From an uncultured Chthonomonadaceae bacterium (lineage in GTDB: Bacteria > Armatimonadota > Chthonomonadetes > Chthonomonadales > Chthonomonadaceae): a stretch of 64,000 nucleotides of DNA. The position numbers and the translations under genes were made by a program. Below are positions 31,756 through 42,513 of the stretch, piece by piece. The notes under the pieces are model-generated. The model was not told the DNA's origin. It saw only the letters and a program-made list of their open reading frames with translations, and made no database searches. The stretch is from assembly GCA_963835065.1 (NCBI GenBank), contig CAWIEK010000053.1, positions 32,001 to 96,000 on the forward strand, read 5' to 3'. Within the stretch, counting starts at the first letter, position 1. Each line of letters begins with the position of its first letter.

Positions 31756-32616
31756 TTAAAAACCTACTGCGTCCATTGCGGCTTGCGTTTTTCCAGAAAC
31801 GCGCGGATGCCTTCCTCTGCCTTCGGGACTGACGCGCAGGGCGGCAATGCAGTCAATGGTGATTTCGGCGGCTTCGTCAGGGGTTTTGTCGGCTATAACC
31901 GTCAGCAGGCGCTTGGCAGCGGCAATCGCTTGCGGGCCGGCCTGCAAAATCAGTTCTAGTTTCTTTTAAATCGCCGCGTCCAGTTCGTCGGCAGACTTGA
32001 CTTGCTTCGCCAACCCGAGACGCTGCGCTGCTTCCAGGCCCATTGATTTTAGATAATCATCAGTAACCACTTGCTGCACCAACCCCAGGCGCAACGCCTC
32101 GTCCGCGCCGAAACGCTCGCCTGTCACGAACAAAGCGCGTGACGCGCCCATGCCGATTTTTTGCAGCACATAGGGTGCAATGACGGCGGGAACCAAACCC
32201 AGGCGCACTTCACTGAGCGCAAATTTGGTGTCGGATGAAGCAATGGCGATGTCGCAAACCGCCACCAGTCCCGCGCCGCCGCCAATGGCTGCGCCCTGTA
32301 CCCGTGCAAGGGTCGGTTTGGGACAATGGGCGATAGCGGCAAACATGCGCTGCAATTTCGCCGCGTCCGCCCGGTTTTCTTCCTCCGAATAGTCCGCCAT
32401 GCGCCGCATCCAGTTCAAATCCGCGCCCGCGCAAAACGACTCCCCCACCCCCCGCAGCACAATCGCCCTTACGTTTGTATCGTCACTCAAACGTTCAAAG
32501 CAGGCCGTAATCTCCTGTATCAACGTTTCGTCGAAAGCGTTATGTACCTGCGGACGGTTGAGTGTTACATAAGCAACACCATTGCGCTCTTCAACCAGCA
32601 AACTCAGTTCATCCAT
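31756..32616 (-). CDS. liuC: Methylglutaconyl-CoA hydratase (crotonase; frameshifts near 31968 and 31815)
   Basis: LNRPQVHNAF, FCAGADL, AIGGGAGL, LSEVRLGLVP. Lies between the MCC genes. Confidence 0.9.
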
Positions 32617-32652
32617 AGTTCCATCTTTCTTACAACTCAAGTATACAGGCGT

Positions 32653-32946
32653 TTAGTCCTGCGCTTCCCATTTGCGCAGCAAGGCATCGAAACGATTTGT
32701 CTGTTCTTCCCACCTGTTCAAAATCTCCGAAAAACGTTCCTGATTGCGAGTGGAGAGGGTAAGAAGGTCCGTCTGAATGTCAAGTTGGCGTTTTGAAATC
32801 TCAAGTTGAGATTGATGAAGTTCCAGTTGGCTCAAAGAATTTGCGCTTTGCACTTCATGGAGGTCTAACTGACGCTGGACTTGTTCCTGCTGTCGGTTCC
32901 ACGCATCCAGTCGCGTTTCGAACTTAGATTTTCTAAAAAGTCCCAA
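32653..32946 (-). CDS. Small coiled-coil hypothetical protein inside the liu operon
   Basis: GGAGGA RBS, Q/L/E-rich heptads, lower GC. Confidence 0.55.
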   Translation of the reverse strand: MGLFRKSKFETRLDAWNRQQEQVQRQLDLHEVQSANSLSQLELHQSQLEISKRQLDIQTDLLTLSTRNQERFSEILNRWEEQTNRFDALLRKWEAQD

Positions 32947-33000
32947 GATGCTCCTCCGATCCTTTCTTCTTTTTCGTTTTCGTTCGCGTGTTTCGCGGTT

Positions 33001-34639
33001 CTACATCCTAAAGACGCCGAAGCGCGTGTCAGGAAGGGGCGCATGATAGGCGGCGGCCAAGCCTAGCCCAATTGCCGCGCGGGTATCAAGTGGGTCGAGG
33101 ATGCCGTCGTCCCACAAGTCGAGCGGTGCTGAAATAGGGGCTGCCTTCCTGCTCGTAAGTTTCCAGCGTGGGGCGCTTAAATTCCTGCTGTTCTTCCGCG
33201 CTCAGGATTTGACCCTGCGCCGCCAGTTGATCCTGCTTTACCGTCAGCAGCACGCCTGCCGCCTGTTCGCCGCCCATGACGGAAATACGCGCGTTGGGCC
33301 ACATCCACAGTTGGCGCGGGCTGAACGCGCGCCCGCACATGCCGTAATTGCCCGCCCCGAACGAGCCGCCTATAATGACCGTAAACTTGGGAACGCGCGC
33401 ATTGGCGACCGCCATAACCAGTTTGGCGCCATGCTTGGCGATTCCCTCCTGCTCCACTTTCTGCCCGACCATAAAGCCCGTAATGTTTTGCAGGAAGACA
33501 AGCGGAATGTGGCGCTGACAGCAAAGTTCGATAAAATGCGCGCCCTTTACAGCGCTTTCCGAAAACAGGACGCCGTTGTTGGCGATAATGCCGACGGGAA
33601 AGCCGATCCATCGCGCCCATCCGCACACCAAAGTGTCCCCATAGCGCGGCTTGAACTCGTGGAAACGGCTGCCGTCCGCCAATCGCGCAATAATCTCTCT
33701 CGCGTCAAAAGGCTGACGCAGATCGCGGGGCAAAATGCCATAAATGTCTTGCGGGTCGTAAAGCGGTTCTTCGGGCGCGGTCATTTCGGGAACATCGGGG
33801 TGGGGCAGGTTCAGCGTTTCCACCATTTCGCGGACAATGCGCAGTGCGTCGTCTTCAGTTTCGGCGTAATAATCGGCCACGCCGCTCAAGCGGGTATGCA
33901 CATCCGCGCCGCCCAAATCTTCCGCCGTCACCACTTCCCCGGTTGCGGCTTTGACAAGCGGCGGGCCGGCCAGAAAGATGGTTCCCGCGCCTTTGACAAT
34001 CACCGTTTGATCCGACATGGCCGGCACATACGCCCCGCCCGCCGTGCAGCTTCCCAAGACAGCCGCGAGCTGGGGAATCCCCTGCGCGGACATTTGCGCC
34101 TGATTGTAGAAAATCCGCCCGAAGTGATCGCGGTCCGGGAACACTTCCGCTTGCAGGGGCAGGTACGCGCCGCCCGAATCCACCAGATAGATGCACGGCA
34201 GACGGTTTTGTTCGCCGATCTCCTGCGCCCGCAAATGCTTCTTCACCGTGAGCGGAAAGTACGTGCCGCCCTTGACCGTCGCGTCATTGGCGACAAGAAC
34301 ACACGGCTGCCCATGTATCGTTCCAATCCCGGTAACAATTCCCGCGCCCGGCGCTTCGTTCTCGTACAGGCCATGCGCAGCAAGCGGGCTGAACTCCAGA
34401 AACGGCGAACCGGGATCCAGCAGGGCATCAATGCGCTCACGGGGCAGACGCTTGCCCCGCGCCCGGTGTTTGGCAACGGCCTGCGCCCCCCCGCCCTGCT
34501 TTACTTCGGCAAGGCGGACGCGCAGTTCCGCCACAAGCGCGCGCTGATGCGCCTGATTGTCCCTGAAATGGGGTGACGCGGTATCCACCTGCGTTTCCAG
34601 CGTTTCCAAGTGTACATGCCTTTCCACTTCATCGGGCAA
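33001..34639 (-). CDS. liuB: Methylcrotonyl-CoA carboxylase beta (carboxyltransferase; frameshift near 33115; start uncertain)
   Basis: [38 protein letters not shown], and the conserved FGVFRM* C-terminus. Confidence 0.95.
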
Positions 34640-34769
34640 AGATTGTTTCGCAGAGCAGGAGAGGATTCAAGAATTTACAGGGCGAATCCTCCTGTGTAAC
34701 GAATAACACCCCATGAGAATTATGTGGGGAGGCCGAAAAACCTTTTGGGCGCGCGTATCAAAATAGATG

Positions 34770-35106
34770 GTATGTAGAGGCAGCGTCGAAATCTTGGCAA
34801 TGCAGCGCTTCCAGCCCGATGTCTCGTTGTATCTGGTTGTAAGAAGAGGCATCGTGACCTCGGCAGCATCAGGGCGGGCGGGAGTGGGGGAACATAGGCT
34901 TGCACCTCCCTTCCTGAGTAAGTAGTTGATAGTTGATAGGAACTACCAACGTTGCGCTTTCCTGTCTTTATAGTAGACGTTTGTTCTAGTGTTTAGACGG
35001 CTGTGTGGGGCAAAGGTTTCTCTTTTTTCGCGTTGCGCGACTCTTTTTTCTATTATCTTGTTTGTGGGATTGTTGCTGTTGACATACTGGGGAACAGAGA
35101 GAGGGC
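34770..35106 (-). repeat. Copy 2 of the ~330-bp duplicated non-coding element
   Basis: Homologous to 4844-5175. Mini-ORF MFPHSRPP at 34895-34869. TTGATAG x2. Confidence 0.85.
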
Positions 35107-35360
35107 GCTTGTTTCGAGGGATGAGTGTTGCACAAAACAGGGTGATTTCTTAAACCAGAAAATGCCCCGTTTTGTGCAACAAAAGAATGCTTTGAAAATT
35201 TTGTCATGTGGAGCGGCAAATTGCTGGATGGCGTAGAAAGCCTGATTGGGAAGAGAAATTATAGCCTGAAACTGTGTATACTATGCTGTGAACTAACCAT
35301 TACTTGCTGCCCGTCGCGCATATGATTCAAAGTTGCATCTGTTCCTTTTGTTCTGTCGCC

Positions 35361-35555
35361 ATGAAATTTCGTATCGGGTTTATCAACTGCATGAACCTCT
35401 ACCCGGTTGGGTTGAGCGCCCGAAGTCCACAGACTCAGGATGCGCTTGACACACGTATCGCGCAGTTTGCCGCTACGATTTACACGCTTTTCGACGGTAC
35501 GCGACTCGAAATCGCGCGGCGCTGTGAAGTTGCTACAGAAAATTTGGGAACATGA
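35361..35555 (+). pseudogene. Possible truncated endonuclease/exonuclease/phosphatase N-terminal fragment
   Basis: MKFRIGFINCMNLY...CEV resembles the first two EEP motifs. It stops after 64 aa, ATGA-coupled to the next ORF. Confidence 0.35.
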
Positions 35556-35938
35556 TGAATACGAACGAGTTTGTCGCCATCCTGCGCAATCCCATACCGG
35601 ACAACACACAACCCGCCGTCAGCATCCTGCGCGAAGTGTCGGAAGCCATTGAAATCGCTACGGATCATAAGGTACGCAGTTGGCTCGAAAAAGGCTTTCC
35701 CAATGTGGAGTACGGGCAGGAGTACCGGGTGATTATCAGTTCAAGCGCGCGCAGCTATGAGGAAACCTTGCTTCGCGCCTATGTTCCGCTTTCCGGGAAG
35801 CCGATTCGCGTATTTCCCGGCGGCAATACCATGCAGGAGTGCGCCGACGAGGTGGAACTGAAAGCGACGTTAAAAGAGTTTTTGCAGGCAGAGCCTGTGC
35901 GGACGCTGATTCAGCAATTCAGCAGCCTCAGCACATGA
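35552..35938 (+). CDS. Hypothetical protein
   Basis: 128-aa ORF with protein-like composition and no recognised motif. Confidence 0.6.
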   Translation: MMNTNEFVAILRNPIPDNTQPAVSILREVSEAIEIATDHKVRSWLEKGFPNVEYGQEYRVIISSSARSYEETLLRAYVPLSGKPIRVFPGGNTMQECADEVELKATLKEFLQAEPVRTLIQQFSSLST

Positions 35939-36265
35939 ATAAGAACCGTAACTGCAACATGGCGCAGGCAAACCTAACGTTTGGTACAAATTCGTGTCTG
36001 TGGGCAGGCCACAAGCACGTATAAAATTAACATCAAAAGGGTGTTGCTTGGTTCATTTTGGCCCGTTTTCTGCCGTTTTCGGCGTTGTGTCCATACCCCA
36101 TGACGGACATATGTTGGAACACCGCAAAACTCTTAAAACAGCTTTCTCTTATGGGCATTTACGAATTTAGCAAGGCTTCGCAAAAATAAGCAAAAAATTT
36201 TGTCTCAAGCTTTGAATGAGCCTGCCGCGTCAATCTCCTGCCATAGAACCGCGATGGCAGAAGGC

Positions 36266-36604
36266 TCAGGCGACGGCGTACCCGGTATGCGGACGCACAT
36301 CAACGGGGTGGAAAGCAGGTACGATGTCCGATTTTGGGACGCCCGCCGCCTCAATTGTATAGCCAACTCCGTCTTCGGTATTGTCGCGCTGAATCCAAAT
36401 CTTTTCGTTGAGAATGTCCACATGAACAAGACAATAATGGACGCGGCGAACCTGCGTTTCCCAGCCAACAGCCATTACAAGATAGCGGTCATTCGTTTCA
36501 TCAAAGACGGCTTCGTGTCTCATTTCCGGGTTGGAATACTTAAAGTCTGCAATCTCCGTCAGAACTTCGCGCACGATGCGGCGATAGCGCTCTAATTTCT
36601 CCAT
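36266..36604 (-). CDS. xisI: XisI-family protein
   Basis: FDETNDRYLVMAVGW, HVDILNEKIWIQRDNTEDG, GVPKSDIV..FHP..RPHTGYAVA. Confidence 0.93.
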   Translation of the reverse strand: MEKLERYRRIVREVLTEIADFKYSNPEMRHEAVFDETNDRYLVMAVGWETQVRRVHYCLVHVDILNEKIWIQRDNTEDGVGYTIEAAGVPKSDIVPAFHPVDVRPHTGYAVA

Positions 36605-36703
36605 TGGACAATTTCCTTAAGGCAGGATTAGCGGGTCGCGTGTGATTGTCCAGCCGTCCTATTGCAAGGCGCGTACAAAGGGTTCGTGGTAGAAGTCTTT
36701 CAC
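36592..36703 (-). pseudogene. xisH: XisH remnant (N- and C-termini joined by a deletion)
   Basis: KDFYHEPFVRALQ*DGWTITRDPLIL joined to KEIVQW, overlapping the xisI start. Confidence 0.8.
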
Positions 36704-36789
36704 TGCTGTATTGTCGCCTGCTCCTGCGTCTTTATACCACGCTGTGTTTCCTCAGAGAACAAAGTTTCCCGACTGCAGAACTGTTCATG

Positions 36790-37194
36790 TCACGGTTTCA
36801 CAACGAAAGCGGAGCCATCCACCATTCGATAGGCGTAGAAATGCTGATCCCGTGTGAAGATTTCATGGGTTCCGAGCATTTCTGCCGCCGCCACAAGCGA
36901 AGCGTCCGCAAGATCGCAGAGAATATCGCGGTACGTAACCATCAAATCGCGAACGCGCTGCAATTCAACCGCGTCGGCAAAGTGAACACGCAATACGCCT
37001 GTCTCGTAAAGGTTCCATAAAGCGAGGACATAAAACCAACCGCCTGCCTTGTTCAAAAGGTAAGTGGTTTCCGTCAGGCAGGGCCATGTCGTAATCATGG
37101 GACGGCGAAGCGTTCGATAAAAGGCGGTACAGACGGCGTGGTGTGTATCGTTCTTATCCACAAGCGCAACGAGTGGGCCGGTATCAATAAGCAA
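36790..37194 (-). CDS. vapC: PIN-domain VapC toxin
   Basis: LIDTGPLVAL, TWPCLTETTYLL, DLADASLV, FTRDQHF. Confidence 0.92.
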   Translation of the reverse strand: MLIDTGPLVALVDKNDTHHAVCTAFYRTLRRPMITTWPCLTETTYLLNKAGGWFYVLALWNLYETGVLRVHFADAVELQRVRDLMVTYRDILCDLADASLVAAAEMLGTHEIFTRDQHFYAYRMVDGSAFVVKP

Positions 37195-37196
37195 TC

Positions 37197-37487
37197 CTAT
37201 TTTACCTCCGGGACCTCGCAGGCTTCTTCCAGATCAGAGTAATACGTTGTGGGGCCATCCGGTTGCCGCGCCCATATCGTCTCCAAAACATCCTTTGAGC
37301 GTTCCCACAGCGTTGGCGCTTCCGCGTCCGCTTCGGTTTCCGCAAGAGTCTCGGACGGCGCGACCTCTGGCAACGGCGCGTTCTCAACCAGACGGCGCAC
37401 AAAATCAGTCGGTGAAACGCCCTGCCGTTTTGCGTTCCAGTTTATCTTCGCCTCAACTTCCGGCGTCAGGTCAATCATAAGCGGCAT
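37197..37487 (-). CDS. Putative antitoxin
   Basis: MPLMIDLTPEVEAKI..AKRQGVS. AGGAGG RBS and TATAAT just upstream. Directly precedes vapC. Confidence 0.78.
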   Translation of the reverse strand: MPLMIDLTPEVEAKINWNAKRQGVSPTDFVRRLVENAPLPEVAPSETLAETEADAEAPTLWERSKDVLETIWARQPDGPTTYYSDLEEACEVPEVK

Positions 37488-37651
37488 CGTTTTTCCTCCT
37501 ACGCTATTATACGCCAATTCCGCCACAGGCAACAAGGTAACGCGCTCACAAAACCAGAAGGACAGATTGCGCTTCCCGCAAAAACGAAAATTCCGCTTAC
37601 AGAACTTTTGCAGGCGCGGGTACTCAGACAAAGCGTACAAGTTTCGTTCTC

Positions 37652-38248
37652 TCAGCGCAGCATGGAGCAAATAATTCCGACAATCTTTTCCGGTTGAGCG
37701 AGGTAGTAAAGGTCGCCGTCAATCGTTGCCGCCGTTCCCTGAAGGCGCAGGAATTTCCAATCGGTTCCGGTTGTCACGGCTCCGTACAGCGTGTCTATCG
37801 GTTTGTCGGCTCTCGCGTTGAAAATCTGCGCGGCGATAAGTTCGGCAAGGCATTGCGGGATGCCTTTGAGCAGGTCTTCCTTCTTCGCCTCCACAACCGA
37901 AACCACCGGAGCCTCGATCTCTATCGTCAGCGGCGAGAGACTGAACAGGAAATCGCAGAAACCAATCAGCCCCTTGTTCTGATCTACGTTGAATTCCGTG
38001 CCGGAAAAGAGATTGGCGCGTTCGCGCGTTTGCTGATACACTTCGGCGAGAATGGGCGCAATGAGATACTCGGAACGCGCTTTTTCCGAATTGCCGCGCA
38101 GGGCAAGCCCGGAGTTTTGCGCCAGCGTCTGCCGCAGTAAGTCCGAAATCGGAGAGGACGGCACATCGGCGAAAAGCCCTTCCTGCTCGGTGACTTGCAA
38201 GCCAAAGCGCGTTTTCAACTGAACCGTAGTGAACTTGTCGTAGGCCAT
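37652..38248 (-). CDS. Restriction-endonuclease-fold (PD-(D/E)XK) hypothetical protein
   Basis: SEKARSEYLIAPIL, GFCDFLFS, VEAKKED, QCLAELIAAQ, GAVTTGTDWKF. Confidence 0.8.
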   Translation of the reverse strand: MAYDKFTTVQLKTRFGLQVTEQEGLFADVPSSPISDLLRQTLAQNSGLALRGNSEKARSEYLIAPILAEVYQQTRERANLFSGTEFNVDQNKGLIGFCDFLFSLSPLTIEIEAPVVSVVEAKKEDLLKGIPQCLAELIAAQIFNARADKPIDTLYGAVTTGTDWKFLRLQGTAATIDGDLYYLAQPEKIVGIICSMLR

Positions 38249-38686
38249 GCCGCGCGTTTCTCCGTCAAGCGGGAAGTGGGGGTATTTCAGTATACCCCAC
38301 GCCCGGAAGGGCCGACTTGCAGGGTTCTTCCTTTTACGGCAGTCTGTTGAGCCGGGTATTTTCAACGCTTGCTGTGAAATACCTTCCGAGGATTGAAAAT
38401 CCCCGGCAGGAAAGTGCAAGCGTCTTTCAGACGCGATTCTTTACATCAAGATTCCTGCGTCTGTAAGACGCTTGTTTTGTCCTGCCGGGGATTTTCAATC
38501 TCCGGCAACAGATAGAATACGCCCATCTCACAGCAAGCGTTGAAACTCCCTGGCAGCCCAAACGACGTGATTTCCCTAAATTTGAAACGCGCCACTTTGA
38601 TTTATGGGGCAGGAAGAAAACCGCTTCATGCAGAACCATACGAACGTACTCTGAAATCGCTTTTGCATTGGAAAGGAAGACGTTCG

Positions 38687-40440
38687 ATGCCGAACCTGTT
38701 TACGCCTGCTGGGGGCGCGTTTCTGATAGAACATACAAACTCTGAACAGGTGTTTATCCCCGAACACTTTACCGCCGAAGACCTGCTGATCGGCAAAACG
38801 GCGGAGGATTTTCTGAACAACGAAGTTCAGCCGCATGTGGAGCGGATTGAGAGCGGCGATCACGACCTGATGCGCGACCTGATGCGGCAGGCGGGCGAGT
38901 TGGGACTGCTTGGCGCGGACGTTCCCGAAGCGTATGGTGGGTTGGGACTGCCGCAAACCACGTGCGCCCTGATTGCGGAAAAACTGAACCCGCAGCAGTC
39001 GTTTGCGCTCACGCACGAGGCGCATACCGTGATTGCCACCCTGCCGCTTTTGTTCTTTGGAAACCATGCGCAGAAACAAAAGTATCTGCCCAAACTGGCA
39101 AGCGGCGAATGGGTCGGCAGTTTCGCGCTCAGTGAGGCCAATTCCGGTTCGGACGCGCTTGCGATGCAGACCCGCGCCACCCTTGCGCCGGACGGCGGCC
39201 ATTACGCGCTCAACGGCGAAAAAATGTGGATCACCAATTCGGCCTTTGCGCAATTGTTTACGGTTTTTGCGCGGACGGCAGACCAGAGTGGAGATAAAAT
39301 CGGCGTGTTTCTTGGTGGAGCGGGACACGCCCGGCCTGAGTTTCGGCAGGGAAGAACACAAACTGGGGATGCATGGCACATCCACGCGCCGGGTGATTCT
39401 GAACGACGTTTGTATACCGGCTGAAAACGCTTTCGGAATCGGGCAGGGGCATTACGCCGCGTTTTGCGCGCTCAATATGGGGCGGTTCAAACTGGAAGCG
39501 GGCGCGGTGGGCGGCTTGAAGTACCCTGCTTTCCACTTGCGCGAAATACGCCGCGCAACGCAAAACGTTCGGGCGGGCGATTGCGGAATATGGCCTGATT
39601 CAGCACAAATTGGCGGAAATGGCCGCGCGGACGTTTGCCCTTGAAAGCATGGTGTACCGATTGGCGGGCGATCTGGAGCGGGCGTTTGCCGACATTGTTC
39701 CCGACGCGCCGGACGCGCCACAGCAGTACCACCGCGCTTCGGAAGAATACGCCATCGAATGCAGCATCGTCAAGGTGATCGGCTCGGAAACCTACTCCAG
39801 CATGGCGGACGAGGCCATTCAAATACACGGTGGGTACGGCTATACGGAGGAATTCCCCGTTGCGCGGGCGTGGCGCGATCAACGCTTATTGCGCATCGGT
39901 GAGGGCGCAAATGAAATTGTCCGCCTTGCGATTGTCAACACTCTGTTACGCCGCGACAAAGCCGGACGCCTGCCCCTCCTGACAGCGCAGCCGACAGGAA
40001 CAGCGCCAACCGCTTCCGCTCCCGAACCTTTGCAAGGCTTGTGGCAGGCGGCAGAGTATTTCAAACTTCTCGGCGTCACCATGCTGCAAACCGCGCAGAA
40101 CAACATGGGAAGCGATTTAGCCGAAGCGCAGGAAGTTTCCGCCGCGATTGCCGATGTCATCTGTTCCGCGTATGCGCTGGAAAGCATCGCCCTGCGCTGT
40201 ACCCTGCTGCAAACTTCCGGCCATGCCCATTACGACGCGGCGATTGCAGCCGCACAGGTAGCGCGCATAGATTACACCGAGGAAGCTATCCGCGCCGCCA
40301 AATACTTTGCGGACAGCGCGAACGCCTCTCCGCTTCTGCTTGGTTCCATGCCGGAAAATATAAGAATGTGCGGCAATCCCATGCAGTTGCGGCGTGATCT
40401 TGCGGCACGGGCGCTGGAAGCAGGCGGGTATCCGGTTTAA
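38687..40440 (+). CDS. Long acyl-CoA dehydrogenase (FadE-type; frameshifts near 39300 and 39525)
   Basis: GGAFLI, FALSEANSGSDA, LNGEKMWITN, EEHKLG, QIHGGYGY, RIGEGANEI. Confidence 0.9.
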
Positions 40441-40460
40441 TCGTTCTGACCAACGCGGGG

Positions 40461-40697
40461 TTACGAAATAAGAGAGATGTCATCGAAGCGGAGCATAAGG
40501 CGCTTGGGCGTGTGGTTGTTGGTGATGGGCGTGACTTCCGAACACACATACACGCCGCCGGCTTTTTCCTGCGCCAGATACGCTTCCCAATCGGCGGCGA
40601 GGCGATCCAATTCGGCATTTTCAAAATAAAAGATGCCGATGTTTTTGGGTTCGCCCTGTGGATTCTTGAGGTAGATATGAACCGGGGTTTCTTTCAT
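40461..40697 (-). CDS. Small hypothetical protein
   Basis: 78-aa ORF with plausible codon usage, co-directional with its neighbours. Confidence 0.6.
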   Translation of the reverse strand: MKETPVHIYLKNPQGEPKNIGIFYFENAELDRLAADWEAYLAQEKAGGVYVCSEVTPITNNHTPKRLMLRFDDISLIS

Positions 40698-40731
40698 AAG
40701 ACTTCTTTCATGGAAGCATCTGTTCGCCTGC

Positions 40732-41121
40732 TTAATGCCCTGGCGTGTCCGCCTTATAAAATTGGGGATTGGGCGTCATATCCCTGGCGGTTTTTCCATT
40801 TGCGCCGAGATTGCGCTGAATCGCGCCGGGATTCAGAGCCTGCGCAGGGACGGGTACGGCCTGCGTCTCGCGTTCGCCCGCAGCCCGGTTATAAACAAAC
40901 AGCCCGCCTCCCAATACCACTATCGTGAAGCAGACGCCGATTAACAAACGTTTTCCCTGCCCGTCGCGTGGGGAAGTAGGCACGTAGGCGGGCGGCGGCA
41001 GCATCGCCGACGCGGACTGCATCGGGAATACCCTGCCACATTGCTCGCACAACGCGGCATCAAGAGGCGCGGGCGTCTGACACTGCGAACATTTTTTAAC
41101 TGCCTGGGACCCTAACTCCAT
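40732..41121 (-). CDS. Zinc-ribbon membrane protein
   Basis: CSQC...CEQCG followed by one TM helix. Confidence 0.7.
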   Translation of the reverse strand: MELGSQAVKKCSQCQTPAPLDAALCEQCGRVFPMQSASAMLPPPAYVPTSPRDGQGKRLLIGVCFTIVVLGGGLFVYNRAAGERETQAVPVPAQALNPGAIQRNLGANGKTARDMTPNPQFYKADTPGH

Positions 41122-41225
41122 TGGATTGTCCTTTGTATCGGAACTACGCTGCTTCGTGTTCGCCTCATCATCCCTTTTGACAACGGAACGGCAAGACAGT
41201 TACCACAAACCTGACGCTTTCAAAA

Positions 41226-42308
41226 CTACTTGCCCGGCTCGCTTTGCTCCTGCGCGTACTGCAAAATACTGACCTGCGCGGCCAGCGTTCTGGCGATGTC
41301 GCGGAACGACTCGGCGTGAGGAGAATTGGGCGCAGCCAGAATAGCGGGTATGCCATCATCCCCCGCCTGCGAAATCGCGCTGTCGAGCGGAACTCGGCCT
41401 AAAAACGGCACACTCAGGCGCTGCGCGGCGCGTTCCCCGCCGCCACTGCCGAATACGCCCCCGCTCATGTTTTCCACGACGCCAAGTATCGGGATGGCGC
41501 GGTTCTGTCCCTGCCCCACTGTGCGGAACATCTGTATGCTTTTGTTGGCGATCTCCTGCGCTACCTGCTGCGGCGTCATTACCACGACTACGCCCGAAAT
41601 TGGAACCTGCTGCGCAAGCGTCAGAGGCGCGTCGCCCGTTCCCGGCGGCAAATCCACAATCAGATAGTCCTGTTCGCCCCACAGCACGTCGCCGAGCAAT
41701 TGCCGCACGGTTCCCGCCACCATCGGGCCGCGCCAGATGACGGCTTTGTCCGGGTCGAGCAGAAAGCCGAGCGAGATCATCAGGACGCCGTGACTGGCAA
41801 CCGGAACCATTTTGGGGCCTTCCGGCGTTTCTTTCAGCAGGGGCTTTTTGGTGACGCCCATCATCAGGGGCAGGGACGGGCCGTAAATATCGGCGTCCAT
41901 CAGGCCCACTTTCGCGCCCATTTGCGCCAGCGCGACCGCCAGATTAACCGACACGGTGCTTTTCCCCACGCCGCCCTTGCCGCTTGCGACCGCAATCACA
42001 TGCCGCACGCCCGGAATCAACGCCTGCCCGACGTTCTTCTGCCCGCGCACCTGCGCGGTCATTTCCACATTTACCTGCGTCACGCCCGGCAGTTTCGCCA
42101 CCGCCTCACGCGCCTGCATTTTCAGCAAATCTTTCACGGGACACGCGGGCGTCGTCAATTCCACTTTGAACGCGACATTGCCCTCACAAATTTTTATATC
42201 TTTCACAAAGCCCAGCGTCACGATGTCCCGGTGCAAATCCGGGTCTTCCACGACGCGCAGGGCATCGAGAACCTGCTGCTCTGTCACTTCTAAAATCGCT
42301 TCCGCCAT
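41226..42308 (-). CDS. apbC: Mrp/NBP35 Fe-S cluster carrier ATPase
   Basis: DPDLHRDIV, LTTPACP, SGKGGVGKST, DADIYGPS, WRGPM, DLPPGTGD, ENMS. Confidence 0.95.
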   Translation of the reverse strand: MAEAILEVTEQQVLDALRVVEDPDLHRDIVTLGFVKDIKICEGNVAFKVELTTPACPVKDLLKMQAREAVAKLPGVTQVNVEMTAQVRGQKNVGQALIPGVRHVIAVASGKGGVGKSTVSVNLAVALAQMGAKVGLMDADIYGPSLPLMMGVTKKPLLKETPEGPKMVPVASHGVLMISLGFLLDPDKAVIWRGPMVAGTVRQLLGDVLWGEQDYLIVDLPPGTGDAPLTLAQQVPISGVVVVMTPQQVAQEIANKSIQMFRTVGQGQNRAIPILGVVENMSGGVFGSGGGERAAQRLSVPFLGRVPLDSAISQAGDDGIPAILAAPNSPHAESFRDIARTLAAQVSILQYAQEQSEPGK

Positions 42309-42380
42309 ATACTTCTCTCCTTACTCCCATTGTACCTGTCTCCCGCGCGCAAGTCAATCAGTGTAAGGACGGGCAAAACG

Positions 42381-42460
42381 AATCCGGCGGAACTGCCATT
42401 ACAGGCAGTTCCGCCGGATTCCGCGAAACGGCTCAACGGAATGAATTCATTCCGTTGAGC
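42381..42460. repeat. Two adjacent hairpins; the second is a perfect 30-bp palindrome
   Basis: AATCCGGCGGAACTGCC...GGCAGTTCCGCCGGATT, then GCTCAACGGAATGAATTCATTCCGTTGAGC (42431-42460). Confidence 0.8.
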
Positions 42461-42513
42461 AACATAACATCTTTGTTAAATCTACACGTTAAATCTACAC
42501 CAGGAAAGCGTTG

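Noticed and set aside
34869..34871. Selenocysteine or read-through at the mini-ORF TGA
   Set aside because: Copy 1 has a second TGA three codons later and a 1-nt indel, so the extended frame is not conserved.
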